Source: Actinomycetota bacterium (GTDB lineage: Bacteria; Actinomycetota; Acidimicrobiia; Acidimicrobiales; JAFATL01). From it: a stretch of 64,000 nucleotides of DNA. Made by a program: the position numbers and the translations under genes. The stretch is from the NCBI GenBank assembly GCA_041166085.1, contig JBEEFP010000062.1:2567-66566 (forward strand). Reading direction: 5' to 3'. The notes below the pieces were generated by a model. That model worked only from the letters and a program-made list of their open reading frames with translations. It was not told where the DNA came from and searched no databases. Positions 45,844-56,156 of this stretch are shown here, piece by piece. How positions within the stretch are numbered: position 1 is the first letter of the stretch; every line of letters starts with the position of its first letter.

Positions 45844-46536
45844 TCAGCCGGTCGGTCCGAAGCGCTCCACCCGGATCTGGTCGGTGGTGACGCCGAGGCT
45901 CTGGACCACATCCGTCGCCGCGTCGGCGAAGCCGTTGGATCCGCACACGTAGACGGTGGCGCCGGAGTCGGGGCGCTTGCCGATGTCGGCCGCTGCGAGG
46001 CGGCCGACGGCCCGCGCGAACCCCTCCGGGGCGCGCCGCGTGTACAGGATCGTCGTCTCAGGTCCCGGCAGCTCGTCGGCGTAGTAGAGGTCCTCCGGAG
46101 CTCGCACCGAAACCACGACCCGCAGCAGCTCGGAGCGGCCGAGACGGCGGGCCAGACGCAGCATCGCCATCACCGGCACCACCCCGGAGCCACCGGCGAT
46201 GAGCAACGCTGGCGTGTCGCCGTCCCACACGAACCATCCCCCGATAGGACCGCGCACATCGAGGTCGTCGCCCACCACGACGACGTCGTGGAGGAACGAC
46301 GACACCTCACCGTCGTCGAGCCGCTCCACCGTGAGCTCGAGCTCGTTGGTCCCGTCCGGCGCCGACGCCACCGAGTACGACCGCTGGGCGGTGTAGCCGT
46401 CGGGAGCGGTCAGCCGCACCACGTAGTGCTGCCCAGCTCGATGACCGGTGGGCTGCGGGAGCGCGAGCCTGAATGTCTTGGCGCGCGCCGTCTCGTCGCG
46501 CACACTGACGACGGACGCGGGCTGCCATCCGGCCAC
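45844..46536 (-). CDS. FAD/NAD(P)-binding ferredoxin-reductase-type oxidoreductase
   Basis: ORF 45844..46704 trimmed to GTG 46536. RSYSVAS (RxYS FAD motif) and LLIAGGSGVVP (NAD motif). Confidence 0.75.
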   Translation of the reverse strand: MAGWQPASVVSVRDETARAKTFRLALPQPTGHRAGQHYVVRLTAPDGYTAQRSYSVASAPDGTNELELTVERLDDGEVSSFLHDVVVVGDDLDVRGPIGGWFVWDGDTPALLIAGGSGVVPVMAMLRLARRLGRSELLRVVVSVRAPEDLYYADELPGPETTILYTRRAPEGFARAVGRLAAADIGKRPDSGATVYVCGSNGFADAATDVVQSLGVTTDQIRVERFGPTG

Positions 46537-46540
46537 GCGG

Positions 46541-47155
46541 TCAGTCGCCCTGGTAGCGCTGTTCGAGCCAAGGGTCGCCACGGTCGTGGTAGCCGTTGAC
46601 CTCCCAGAACCCGGGCTCGTCGTGGTCGAGCAGACGCAGGGTCGCGATCCACTTGGCGCTCTTCCAGAAGTAGAGGTGAGGCACGAGCAGTCGGGCCGGA
46701 CCACCGTGCTTGCGCGCCAGGGCCTCGCCGTCGACCTCCCACGCCACCCACGCTCTGCCGTCGGTCACGTCGGCCAATGGCAGGTTGGTGGTGTATCCCG
46801 TGTGGGTGATGGCGAGCACGTGGGTGGCGTTCGACCGCGCCCGCGCCACGTCGAGCAGGGTGTCGACCGACACGCCCTTCCACATCATCCCGAGCTTCGA
46901 CCACGTCGTCACGCAATGGATGTCGCCGTCGTAGGTGGACGACGGCAACGCGTGGATCTCGTCCCAGGTCCAGGTGGTCGGGCGCTCCACCAACCCCTCG
47001 ATGCCGAAGGTCCACTCGGCGGTGTCCAACCTCGGCGTCGCCTCCGCCGTCAGCACAGGCCACCCCGAGCCCGTGTCGTACTGACCGGGGGGCAGCCGGG
47101 GGTCCCTGTCCCGACTCCGTCCGATGAACCCGCGGGTCACGCGTCGCACGCCCAA
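46541..47155 (-). CDS. Molybdopterin-dependent oxidoreductase, sulfite-oxidase family
   Basis: 204 aa. DIHCVTTWSK (Mo-ligand Cys), GGPARLLVPHLYFWKSAKW. Confidence 0.8.
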   Translation of the reverse strand: MGVRRVTRGFIGRSRDRDPRLPPGQYDTGSGWPVLTAEATPRLDTAEWTFGIEGLVERPTTWTWDEIHALPSSTYDGDIHCVTTWSKLGMMWKGVSVDTLLDVARARSNATHVLAITHTGYTTNLPLADVTDGRAWVAWEVDGEALARKHGGPARLLVPHLYFWKSAKWIATLRLLDHDEPGFWEVNGYHDRGDPWLEQRYQGD

Positions 47156-47180
47156 AGTCAGTCCTCCCCGTCCGTCGCGG

Positions 47181-47756
47181 TCACGACGGCCATCCGATCA
47201 TGGCGCGATCGGCGAAGCGGCGGAGTGTGCCGGCGCTGGCGCCCATCGCCGCCTGCACCGAGATCCCCGAGACCAGCATGCACAGGTACTCCGCCAACGC
47301 GGCCGCATCCGCGTCGACCGGGAGGTCGCCCTCCGAGACCGCTCGCTGGAAGCGTCGTCGCAATCGGCGCTGGAGGCGTGTGCGCGACGCGACCACGTCG
47401 CGGCGCAGGGGCTCGTCGACACCGGAGCCCATGATGCTGCGCACCACCAGGCAACCAGCCGGGCGCCCCCGCCCCGCGTTGAGCTCGATGGCGGCTGCCA
47501 ACAATGCCTCTGCGACCCCCCGTGCCGTTGTCTCGGTCAGCGCGTCGTCGAAGCAGGCAGGGCCGTCGGTGTAGCGCTCGACGACGCGCCGGAAGAGCTG
47601 CTCCTTGTTGCCGAACGCCGCGTAGAGACTGGGCCGGTTGACGCCGATGGCGTCGGTGAGGTCACGCACGGACGTCGCCTCGTACCCCTTGCGCCAGAAC
47701 AGCTCGACGGCGGTGTCGAGCGCCTCGTCGGTATCGAACGTCCGGGGCCGAGCCAT
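47181..47756 (-). CDS. TetR family transcriptional regulator
   Basis: N-terminal HTH AVELFWRKGYEATSVRDLTDAIGVNRPSLYAAFGNKEQLF. Confidence 0.85.
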   Translation of the reverse strand: MARPRTFDTDEALDTAVELFWRKGYEATSVRDLTDAIGVNRPSLYAAFGNKEQLFRRVVERYTDGPACFDDALTETTARGVAEALLAAAIELNAGRGRPAGCLVVRSIMGSGVDEPLRRDVVASRTRLQRRLRRRFQRAVSEGDLPVDADAAALAEYLCMLVSGISVQAAMGASAGTLRRFADRAMIGWPS

Positions 47757-47825
47757 GGGTCCTGCCTTGCAAGAAACGGGTCAGAGTCATCTGCTTGACA
47801 GCCAACCCGATGAGGACGAGATTGT

Positions 47826-47839
47826 GTACCGATCGGTAC
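47826..47839. promoter_or_regulatory. Candidate TetR operator (perfect 14-bp palindrome) in divergent promoter region
   Basis: GTACCGATCGGTAC lies just downstream of TTGACA (47795-47800), a 17-nt spacer and GAGATT, between the TetR gene and the hydrolase gene. Confidence 0.4.
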
Positions 47840-47918
47840 GTTACGCAATCGGCGGCCGGAAGTCGAGCGTCACCTGACGGCGGTTCACACTCGAACGCAA
47901 GCAGAGGAGAGCCAAGCC

Positions 47919-48791
47919 ATGAGCGCAAAGAAGTCGGATGCCCCGGCCGTGACCATCACTGACGAGGAGCAGGCCGAGGTCGATCGAGCCAACCAGTCCG
48001 GCCTCCCCACCGTTGCCTTCGTCCACGGACTCTGGCTGCTCCCCAGCAGCTGGGACCGTTGGGTCACGCTGTTCGAGAAGGAGGGCTACGCAGCGGTGAC
48101 GCCGGGCTGGCCGGACGACCCCGAGACCGTCAGCGAGGCCAAGGCCCACCCCGAGGTCTTCGCCGGCAAGTCCATCGGCGAGATCGCGGACCACGTGTCG
48201 GCGGTCGTGACCCGTCTCGAGAAGAAGCCGGCTGTCATCGGTCACTCGTTCGGGGGGCTCCTGACGCAGATCGTCGCCGGACGCGGCCTCGCTTCCGCGT
48301 CCGTGGCGTTGTCCCCCGCCCCGTTCCGCGGCGTGCTGCCACTGCCCATCTCCGCGCTGCGGTCGGCGTCGGTCGCGCTCAAGAACCCGGCCAACCGGCA
48401 CCGGGCCGTGCCGCTGACGCTCGAGCAGTTCCGGTACGGCTTCGCCAACGCGGTGAGCGAGGAGGAGGCCGAGGAGCTCTACAACGCCTACTCGGTGCCG
48501 GGGGCGGGCGAGCCGCTCTTCCAAGCGGCTGCCGCCAACCTCAACCCGTGGACGGAGGCCAAGGTCGACACCAAGAACCCCGACCGCGGCCCGATGCTCA
48601 TCGTCGCCGGCGAGAAGGACCACACGGTGCCGATCTCCATCGCCAGCGCGTCGTACAAGAAGCAGCGCAAGAACGAGACGGACGTGACCGAGTTCGTGAC
48701 CGTCCCAGGCCGAGGCCACTCGTTGACGATCGACAGCGGGTGGGAAGAGGTCGCCGACATCGCGCTGAGGTTCGTCAAGCGCTTCGCCTGA
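47919..48791 (+). CDS. Alpha/beta hydrolase
   Basis: 290 aa. Nucleophile elbow GHSFGG. RBS AGAGGAGA. Confidence 0.8.
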   Translation: MSAKKSDAPAVTITDEEQAEVDRANQSGLPTVAFVHGLWLLPSSWDRWVTLFEKEGYAAVTPGWPDDPETVSEAKAHPEVFAGKSIGEIADHVSAVVTRLEKKPAVIGHSFGGLLTQIVAGRGLASASVALSPAPFRGVLPLPISALRSASVALKNPANRHRAVPLTLEQFRYGFANAVSEEEAEELYNAYSVPGAGEPLFQAAAANLNPWTEAKVDTKNPDRGPMLIVAGEKDHTVPISIASASYKKQRKNETDVTEFVTVPGRGHSLTIDSGWEEVADIALRFVKRFA

Positions 48792-48815
48792 CCACGGCCC
48801 CGCTCGCGGGCGCGC

Positions 48816-50009
48816 TCAGCGGGGCAGGACGACGTCCGGCAGCGGGTGGCGGTAGAGCCTCGCCGCGTTCTCGCTGCACATCTGGCGCAGCTCGTGGTTG
48901 GGGATGTGGCCCCAGTACTTCTCGATCACGGCCTGCGTGTCCGGCCACGTGCCGTCGCTGTGGGGATAGTCGGCCTCCACCATGATGTTCTCGACCCCGA
49001 TGGTGTGCCGGGTGTCGATGGTGGACGGATCGTCGATCGTGCACCAGGAGAAGTTGCGCCGCAGCACGTCGGCCGGACGGGTGTCCCATCCGAGTCCGTA
49101 GCCGGCGCGGTCGATGATGTTGTCGAGACGGTCGATGAGCATGGCCACCCAGCCGATCCCGCCCTCCGACATGGCGATCTTGAGGTCGGGGTACTTCACG
49201 GGCCAACCCGACCACAGCCACTCCGCGCACGCGGTCAGCGACAGCTGACCGAAGAGGGTGGCGCCCAGCTCGACGCCCGGACATCCGGCGGGGTACTCCC
49301 CCATCCCTGACGAGCCCACGTGCAGGCTGATCACCGTGTCGGTCTCCACGCACGCCCGGATGATCGGCTCCCAGTCCGGGAGGAAGATGGACGGCAGGCC
49401 CAGCTTGTGGGGTCGCTCGGGCAGCGTCACGGAGCGGAAGCCCCGTTCGGCGTTGCGCCGGATCTCCTCCGCCCCGATCTCGAGGTCGGGGAGCCACGTG
49501 ATCCCGAGCGGGATGATCCGGTCCGGGTAGGGCGACCACCACTCATCGAAGACCCAGTCGTTGAAGGCGCGCGTGACGGCCAGGCCGAGCTCGGGATCGG
49601 AGCACTGCGAGTACACGCGGCCACAGAAGCCGGTGATCATCGACGGAAAGTTCAACGACGCCCAGACGCCGTTGATGTCCATGTCCTTGACCCGCTCGTG
49701 GATGTCGAAGCAGGCGCGCCGCATCTCCTCGAACCGGAAAGGCTCGATCTCGGTCGTCTCGCGGCGTCTGCCCGCGATGGCGTTCTGCCCGACCTGGCTG
49801 AACTTCTGTCCGTCGAACTCCCAGACCTCCTGGCCCTTCGACGTCTCGACGATCTTGGGCGCCCGGTCCTGCAGCTTGGCGGGCAGGCGTCCCTCGAACA
49901 TGTCGCGGGGCTCGACGAGGTGGTCGTCCACCGAGATCACCGTGTACCGCAGCTCCCGGGGCGGCGGGTCGGGCAGGAACAGGTCGGGGCGGCGGTCGGC
50001 GTCCGTCAT
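48816..50009 (-). CDS. Amidohydrolase family protein (amidohydrolase_2 / ACMSD-like)
   Basis: 397 aa. VISVDDHLVEP metal-binding start and EADYPHSDGTWP. Confidence 0.8.
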   Translation of the reverse strand: MTDADRRPDLFLPDPPPRELRYTVISVDDHLVEPRDMFEGRLPAKLQDRAPKIVETSKGQEVWEFDGQKFSQVGQNAIAGRRRETTEIEPFRFEEMRRACFDIHERVKDMDINGVWASLNFPSMITGFCGRVYSQCSDPELGLAVTRAFNDWVFDEWWSPYPDRIIPLGITWLPDLEIGAEEIRRNAERGFRSVTLPERPHKLGLPSIFLPDWEPIIRACVETDTVISLHVGSSGMGEYPAGCPGVELGATLFGQLSLTACAEWLWSGWPVKYPDLKIAMSEGGIGWVAMLIDRLDNIIDRAGYGLGWDTRPADVLRRNFSWCTIDDPSTIDTRHTIGVENIMVEADYPHSDGTWPDTQAVIEKYWGHIPNHELRQMCSENAARLYRHPLPDVVLPR

Positions 50010-50116
50010 GGCGTCATTCTTTCAGGACCGCCCGTCACATTCCCGGTGGAGCGTCGTCACACCCGGTGGAGGGTCGCCACCTTCTCGCGTCGGCTCCGCA
50101 CCGTCGGCGCCGGACC

Positions 50117-51037
50117 TTACGTCTCGCCCGCTGCCGCGCTCACGACCCGGTTGCGGCCCGCGGCCTTCGCCGCGTACAGCGCGGCGTCTGCGTCCCGCAC
50201 GATCGCCTCCATGTCGTCGGAGCCGACCGCGACGCCGACGCTCACGGTCACGGCCAGGTGCTCCATGCCTTCCACGGAGAGCGACTCGGACTCGGCAGCG
50301 GCGCGGATGCGTTCGGCCAGCGCGGCGGCCCCGCCGGCGCTGGTGGCGGGCGACACGACCAGGAACTCCTCACCGCCCCAGCGGCCTGCCACGTCCTCGG
50401 CCCGACACGCGGTGGCCAGGCTGAGGGCGATGCGGCGCAGCACGTGATCGCCACCAGCGTGGCCAAGGCGGTCGTTGACACTCTTGAAGTGGTCGACGTC
50501 GACCATCAGCACCGCGACCGAGTGCCCGTGCCGCTCGGCGGCCGAGCCGGCGGCCGTGAGCTGCTCCTGCAGGTGACGGCGGTTCGGCAGTCCGGTGAGC
50601 GCATCGGTTCGGCTGGCCGCCTCCAGCTCGGTGTTCCGAATTCGGAGCTCGTCCTGCAATCGCTTCACCCGCAGGGCCGCACTGACGCGTGCGAGCAGCT
50701 CCGCGGGTTCAAACGGTTTGCGGAGGTAGTCGTGGGCGCCGAGGCGCAGCCCCTCGACCACGTCATCGGTCGTCGCGCGGGCGGTCAGGAACACGACAGG
50801 GATGTGCTCGGTCGCCGGGTGGCTCCGCAACTCGGCCAGCACATGGTGTCCGTCGAGCCTCGGCATCTCGACGTCGAGCAGGATGACGTCGGGCCTCTCC
50901 TCGCGACCGGCGCGGAGCGCGTCCTCGCCGTCGACCGCCTCGATCACCACGTGGCCCTGCTCCTGCAGCTGCTTGCGCAGCACCGAGCGGATCACCAACG
51001 AGTCGTCGGCGACCAGGATGCGAGCTCGTTCGCTCAT
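50117..51037 (-). CDS. WspR-like response regulator diguanylate cyclase (REC-GGEEF with RxxD I-site)
   Basis: REC (ILVADDSLVIRSVL...LLDVEMPRLDG), coiled linker, LTGLPNRR, RAED I-site 5 residues before GGEEF. The start overlaps the cheW stop. Confidence 0.85.
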   Translation of the reverse strand: MSERARILVADDSLVIRSVLRKQLQEQGHVVIEAVDGEDALRAGREERPDVILLDVEMPRLDGHHVLAELRSHPATEHIPVVFLTARATTDDVVEGLRLGAHDYLRKPFEPAELLARVSAALRVKRLQDELRIRNTELEAASRTDALTGLPNRRHLQEQLTAAGSAAERHGHSVAVLMVDVDHFKSVNDRLGHAGGDHVLRRIALSLATACRAEDVAGRWGGEEFLVVSPATSAGGAAALAERIRAAAESESLSVEGMEHLAVTVSVGVAVGSDDMEAIVRDADAALYAAKAAGRNRVVSAAAGET

Positions 51038-51423
51038 GCTGTGAGCGCTCCTCTCAGAGCGGAGGGGTCGAGCACCAACACCAGCTCACCTTCTTCATGG
51101 ATGACGCCCGCTACTGCGCCGCCCGCCTGACCCTGCGGCGGCGGCCCGATACGGGCTTCGTCGATTCGAACCACCTCGGTGACCTCGTCGACGAGCAGCC
51201 CGAAGGTCAGCGTGCCCTCGTCGACCACGACCACATGTCCACCCGAGTTGCCGAGCACGGACAGCACCGTGAGGGCGCCGTCTGCACGCGCCACCAGTCC
51301 GGCCACACCCGCACGCGGTGCAGGCAGCGACGTCACGTCGGCGGCCGACCGGACCTCGGTCACCGCCTCCACAGGGAGAGCGTATGCGGTGTCGGCCACC
51401 CGGAAACGCACCAGCGTCCTCAT
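51034..51423 (-). CDS. cheW: CheW-like coupling protein
   Basis: ORF 51034..51510 trimmed to ATG 51423 (MRTLVRFRVADTAYALPVEAV), overlapping the cheR stop (ATGA). Confidence 0.8.
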   Translation of the reverse strand: MRTLVRFRVADTAYALPVEAVTEVRSAADVTSLPAPRAGVAGLVARADGALTVLSVLGNSGGHVVVVDEGTLTFGLLVDEVTEVVRIDEARIGPPPQGQAGGAVAGVIHEEGELVLVLDPSALRGALTA

Positions 51424-52646
51424 GACCGTTGCAGCTTCCGCTCGAGCAGCCGGGTCAGGCCGTCGAGGTGATAGCCCTCGAGCGTGGCCTCGACCGCGGC
51501 GGTGTCGCACCGGTCGATGGCGGCGCGGGCCGCCGCGTAGGCGCGCCGCGCCGCCGCGATGTCGCCGGCCACCTCCAGCGCCAGCCCGAGGTTGAGATGC
51601 GCGATCGGGTGGTCGGGGTCGAGATAGGCCGCCTTGCGAAACGCGGTGACGGCGTCCCCGTGCTCGCCCCGACCGAGGGCCGCCTCACCGTCCGCCATCA
51701 GCTCGACGACGCCCTGCTGCGGCACCGACTCGGGTGGTGCCGGCCGCGGACGCGGCGCCTTCGGAGGCGATGGAAGGGGACGCGGGGGTGCCGGCGGCGA
51801 AGGCCGCACTCGCGATGACTCGGCGAGCTGCGGCGACTCCGGCTTCGGGGCGTTGGGCGCGGGGCGATAGGCGAAGGCGTCGCCGAGACGCACCAGCTGG
51901 AATCGATCGGTGACCTGCCACAGCGACTCGCTGTAGCCGAGGAACAGATATCCCTCCGGCGGCAGCGCGGCCTTGAGGCGGTCGAGGAAGGCGACCACGT
52001 CGTCGTGGCCGAAGTAGATCAGCACGTTCCGGCAGAACACGACCTCGCACTGCCCCGGGGTGATGGGTGGAGCATCGGCAGCCAGGTTGTGACGGATGGT
52101 GGTCACGCGGTCGCGCAGCTCGGGCGTGACCTGCCACTCGCCCCCTCCAAGCGGGACCAGATGGCTGGCTCGCTGTGCGGACGAGAGCCCCCGCAACTCG
52201 CGATCGGCATACCGCGCCGCCCGCGTGCGGCCGAGCGCGTCGGTGGACACGTCGCTGGCGATGACGTGCCAATCGGCAATCCCGCTCTCGGCCAGGGTCA
52301 TCGCGAGCGAGTACGGCTCCTGGCCGTTGGCGCAGCCCGCGCTCCAGATCTCCACCCGCCCACCCTGGGCCTGCAGCGTCGGCACCACGTGCTCGGAAAA
52401 GGCGGCGAACTGCCCGGGGTCGCGAAAGAAGGACGTTTCCTGGACCGTCACGCGATTGAGGAGCTCCTGGAGCCGTTCGGGGTCGGCCTCGAGCCGCTTC
52501 ACGTAGTCGGTCTCGTTCTCCCCGTGCCGCAGCGCCTCGTCCCGCACGGCTCGCTCCAGCCTGCCCCGGATGGCGGGATCGAGCCGCAGACCGACTCGGC
52601 GCGAGAGCAGCCGTCCGACTTCTTCCAACGCGTTCCCTTCGGTCAT
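51420..52646 (-). CDS. cheR: CheR-type chemoreceptor methyltransferase with C-terminal TPR region
   Basis: VTVQETSFFRD, IWSAGCANGQEPYS, FCRNVLIYF. C-terminal TPR-like repeats after a Pro-rich linker. Confidence 0.85.
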   Translation of the reverse strand: MTEGNALEEVGRLLSRRVGLRLDPAIRGRLERAVRDEALRHGENETDYVKRLEADPERLQELLNRVTVQETSFFRDPGQFAAFSEHVVPTLQAQGGRVEIWSAGCANGQEPYSLAMTLAESGIADWHVIASDVSTDALGRTRAARYADRELRGLSSAQRASHLVPLGGGEWQVTPELRDRVTTIRHNLAADAPPITPGQCEVVFCRNVLIYFGHDDVVAFLDRLKAALPPEGYLFLGYSESLWQVTDRFQLVRLGDAFAYRPAPNAPKPESPQLAESSRVRPSPPAPPRPLPSPPKAPRPRPAPPESVPQQGVVELMADGEAALGRGEHGDAVTAFRKAAYLDPDHPIAHLNLGLALEVAGDIAAARRAYAAARAAIDRCDTAAVEATLEGYHLDGLTRLLERKLQRS

Positions 52647-53662
52647 GAAGCCGCCCGCATGATGGTCTTGGCGATGCGGTCGAGGGGAAGGACGTGCAAG
52701 GCCGCACCCAGTCGCTGCGCGGCGCGGGGCATGCCGAAGACCACCGATGTCTCCTCGTCCTGCACGATCGTCACGGCACCGCCGCGCCGCAGCGCCAGCA
52801 GGCCCCGCGCGCCGTCCTCGCCCATGCCGGTGAGGAGGACGCCGATGTTCGTGCCGTTGACTCGCTCGGCGAGCGAGGAGAAGAGGACGTCCACCGAAGG
52901 ACGGTGCAACATCTCGGGCGCGGCGTCGAGCACCATGCGGTCGTCGGGACCGATCCGCAGGTGCGTGCCTCCCGGCGCGATGTACGCAACCCCGGCGCGC
53001 AGTCGGTCGCCGTCACGGGCCAGCTCGACCGGGAGCGGTGACACCCGCGTCATCCACGACACCAGTCCACCGACGAAGTCAGGGTGGAGGTGCTGGACGA
53101 CGAGGACGCTGGCTTCCAGCCCTGCCAGCCCGTCGAGGATCTCGGCCAGCGCCGCGGGCCCGCCGGTCGACGCTCCGATGGCGACCACCGGATGGGCGCT
53201 CGGGCGATCGTCATCATTCCTCGACGCCCGGCGGGAAGCCGGCAATCGAGCACGCGGATGGCGGACGACGGTGACACCGCCGACCAGTCGGACCTGAGCT
53301 CGCAGCGCTTCCTCTTCCGCGCCGCTCCACACTCTGGGCTTGGGCAGCACGTCCACCGCGCCCGCAACCAGGGCGTCGACCGCCTCCAACGACTCACGAC
53401 TCGCAATGCTCCCCGAGAGCACCAGGATGGGCGTCGGCGCGAAGGCCATGAGCTGTTCGATCACCTGCTGTCCCCCGCCGTCGGGAATCTGCAGGTCGAG
53501 GGTCACCACGTCGGGCCGCACGTCCTGGACCATCCGGATGGCCTCGACGGCGCCCGCCGCTTGACCGACGACGGTGATGTCGCGACTGGCTTCGAGCGTC
53601 TGCACCAGGTGGGCTCGCTCCTGCTGCGAGCTCTCCACGACGACGACGCGGGTCGGCCTCAC
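52643..53662 (-). CDS. cheB: CheB-type methylesterase response regulator
   Basis: REC domain, then VVAIGASTGGPAAL, VVQHLHP and TGMGEDGARG esterase blocks. Confidence 0.85.
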   Translation of the reverse strand: MRPTRVVVVESSQQERAHLVQTLEASRDITVVGQAAGAVEAIRMVQDVRPDVVTLDLQIPDGGGQQVIEQLMAFAPTPILVLSGSIASRESLEAVDALVAGAVDVLPKPRVWSGAEEEALRAQVRLVGGVTVVRHPRARLPASRRASRNDDDRPSAHPVVAIGASTGGPAALAEILDGLAGLEASVLVVQHLHPDFVGGLVSWMTRVSPLPVELARDGDRLRAGVAYIAPGGTHLRIGPDDRMVLDAAPEMLHRPSVDVLFSSLAERVNGTNIGVLLTGMGEDGARGLLALRRGGAVTIVQDEETSVVFGMPRAAQRLGAALHVLPLDRIAKTIMRAAS

Positions 53663-55749
53663 CGGCCCATCAACCGCTCCACCGCGGACAACAGCGCGGC
53701 CTCGTTGAACGCACTCTTCACGATGTAGCCATCCGCGCCTGCCTCGAGGCCACGCTGGCGGTCCTCCTCGTTGGAGCGGGACGTGAGGATGAGCACCGGC
53801 ACGTTGCCCCGCGCCGGGTGGGCGCGGATGGCCTCGGTGAGGGCGAAGCCGTCCATCCGCGGCATCTCGACGTCCGTCAGGACGAGGTCGACCGGACCCT
53901 CGGCCAGCAGAGCCATGGCCTCGAGACCGTCCGACGCAGTGAGCACGTCGTACCCGCCCCGCTCGAGAATCGACCGCTGGAGCTCACGGACGGTCAGCGC
54001 GTCGTCCACGACCAGCACCTTGGCGCGGGTCGGCGACCGCCCGGTCGCGGCTGTCCCTCCGTCGATCGACACGGGAACGGCCCGTCCGGACTGGGCCATG
54101 CGGGCTCGGTCGATGAGCCCGGCCACGTCGAGCACGAGCACGATCGAACCATCGGGTTCGACACTGGCGCCCGCGACCACGTCGAGACGGGGCAAGAGCC
54201 GGCTCAGGCCCTTGACCACGACGTCGCGTTGACCCACCAGGGCTCCGACGCGAAAGGCGTGCTGCCGCGTGAGCCCGGCCACGACGACGACGGGACCCTC
54301 CTCGTCCCCGCCCAGGGCGAGCGTGGCACTGAGGCTGGTGACCGGAACGGCCTGGCTGCCGACCCACACGACCGGCCGTCCTTCCGACCGGGCCTCGGCG
54401 CCTTCGTTCTGCGCGAGGACGATCGAGTGCATCGGGATGGCGTGGGTCTGTCCACCCGCTTCGACCAGCAGGCAGGGCAGCACCGCAAGGGTGATCGGCA
54501 CGACGATGCGGAACTCGGTGCCAGCGCCTGGTTCCGTGCGGATCTCGACCCGCCCCCGCGCCGCTTCCACGTTGGCCCGCACGACGTCGAGGCCCACGCC
54601 TCGGCCCGAGATCTCCGACACGAAGTCGGCGGTGGACACGCCGCTGCGGAAGACCAGGTACGCCGCCTCCTCGTCGCTGAGTGCCGACGTCTCACCACCC
54701 CTGCGCGACGCCTCGGCCCGCACCCGTTCGACGTCGATCCCCCGGCCGTCGTCGGTGACGGTGAGGATCACCTCCGAGCCCAGCTGCATGGCGTGGAACC
54801 GCACCGTTGCCTGGGCCGGCTTTCCTGCCGCCACCCGCTCCGCCGCTGGCTCGATCCCGTGGTCGACCGCGTTGCGTACGAGATGCAGCAGCGGGTCACC
54901 GAGCTGCTGAAGCACGCCGCGGTCGAGCTCGGTGTCCTCGCCCCGCACCTCCCACCGGACGTCCTTTCCGGTCGATCGGGCCACGTCGCGGACGGCCCGT
55001 TGCAGCATGTCGGTGATCGTGACGACAGGCACCATGCGCGCGCGCATGGCCCGCTCCTGCAGCTCGTTCAGCAGACGCGACAGGTCGCGGACCTCGTCGA
55101 TGGTGGAGGGGTCGATCTCGAGCCGCTGATTGATCATGCGGCCGACCCGGAGGTGGGCCGCGGCGGACTCGCCGACCAGCCGGATGAGCTCGTCCAGTCG
55201 CGCCAGCGGCACCCGCACCGCCTCCGCATCGAGCGAGGGCGGATGGCGAGCGGACTCGACAGCTGACCCGTTCTCCTCCGCGTCATCGGTCGCCGAGACG
55301 ACCTGGGTGTCGTCGGCACCGTCGGTCTCGTCGACGTCGTCATCCGGCGTGGGATCTTCGGACGTCTCCACCATCGCGTGCAGCACTTGCACGATCGCGG
55401 CGGCCTCGGCGCCATAGTCGGCCCCCGAGACGGCGAGGGGCAGCATGGCCTGCAGCCCGTCCACCGCCGCGAGCACACCGTCGATCAACGCGGGTGTGGC
55501 CATGCGCTCACCGCTCCGCAACTGCTCGAGCAGATCCTCCATGGCGTGGGCCACGTGGCTGAAGCCGTCGAGACCCACCACCGCGGCCCCACCCTTGAGG
55601 GTGTGGGCCTCGCGGAAGATCGAATTCACGAGCTCGGCGTCGTTGCCTGCCTCCTCGAGGGCGAGCAGATGAGCGGTCAGGTCGGCGAGACGTTCTTCCG
55701 CCTCTTGGGCGAAGAGGGCGAGGAACTCGTCGTCGCGGCCGGACGCCAT
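53659..55749 (-). CDS. cheA: CheA-type histidine kinase with C-terminal receiver domain (WspE-like)
   Basis: ORF trimmed to ATG 55749. Hpt FREAHTLKGGAAVVG, HLVRNAVDHGIE, GRGVGLDVV, a CheW-like domain, then REC (VLVVDDALTVRE...LTDVEMPRMDG). Confidence 0.85.
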   Translation of the reverse strand: MASGRDDEFLALFAQEAEERLADLTAHLLALEEAGNDAELVNSIFREAHTLKGGAAVVGLDGFSHVAHAMEDLLEQLRSGERMATPALIDGVLAAVDGLQAMLPLAVSGADYGAEAAAIVQVLHAMVETSEDPTPDDDVDETDGADDTQVVSATDDAEENGSAVESARHPPSLDAEAVRVPLARLDELIRLVGESAAAHLRVGRMINQRLEIDPSTIDEVRDLSRLLNELQERAMRARMVPVVTITDMLQRAVRDVARSTGKDVRWEVRGEDTELDRGVLQQLGDPLLHLVRNAVDHGIEPAAERVAAGKPAQATVRFHAMQLGSEVILTVTDDGRGIDVERVRAEASRRGGETSALSDEEAAYLVFRSGVSTADFVSEISGRGVGLDVVRANVEAARGRVEIRTEPGAGTEFRIVVPITLAVLPCLLVEAGGQTHAIPMHSIVLAQNEGAEARSEGRPVVWVGSQAVPVTSLSATLALGGDEEGPVVVVAGLTRQHAFRVGALVGQRDVVVKGLSRLLPRLDVVAGASVEPDGSIVLVLDVAGLIDRARMAQSGRAVPVSIDGGTAATGRSPTRAKVLVVDDALTVRELQRSILERGGYDVLTASDGLEAMALLAEGPVDLVLTDVEMPRMDGFALTEAIRAHPARGNVPVLILTSRSNEEDRQRGLEAGADGYIVKSAFNEAALLSAVERLMGR

Positions 55750-55753
55750 GCGA

Positions 55754-56152
55754 TCAGGACGCCACGCGCGCGGGCGCCAACAGCATCTCGACGTCGATGA
55801 GGACCGCCAACCCCGTCTCGATCGCGAAGGCGCCGCGTGTGGCGACACCCTCGCTGTGCCCTACCAGCTCCCCGAGCTCGACCGCTTCGCCCATCGCACC
55901 GATGGCGAGCCCGGCCGGGCCGAGGACGGTCTCGATGATCGCCACCGCTGCGGTCGCCGGAACGGGACCGAGGCCGAGCAGAACCCCCGGATCGAAGACC
56001 GGGATGATCTCGCCCCGCACGTTGCAGAGGCCCAGTACCGCGGGCGGGGCCGTCGGGAGCCCCGTGATGCTGGTTGCCGCCAGCACCTCGCGCGCCGCCT
56101 CGATCGGAACGGCGTACGTGTCGTCGCCGACCGCGAGGAGCAGGGCGCGCAC
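55754..56152 (-). CDS. cheW: CheW-like coupling protein
   Basis: 132 aa. MRALLLAVGDDTYAVPIEAAREV... GTG start. Confidence 0.8.
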   Translation of the reverse strand: MRALLLAVGDDTYAVPIEAAREVLAATSITGLPTAPPAVLGLCNVRGEIIPVFDPGVLLGLGPVPATAAVAIIETVLGPAGLAIGAMGEAVELGELVGHSEGVATRGAFAIETGLAVLIDVEMLLAPARVAS

Positions 56153-56156
56153 GGGC

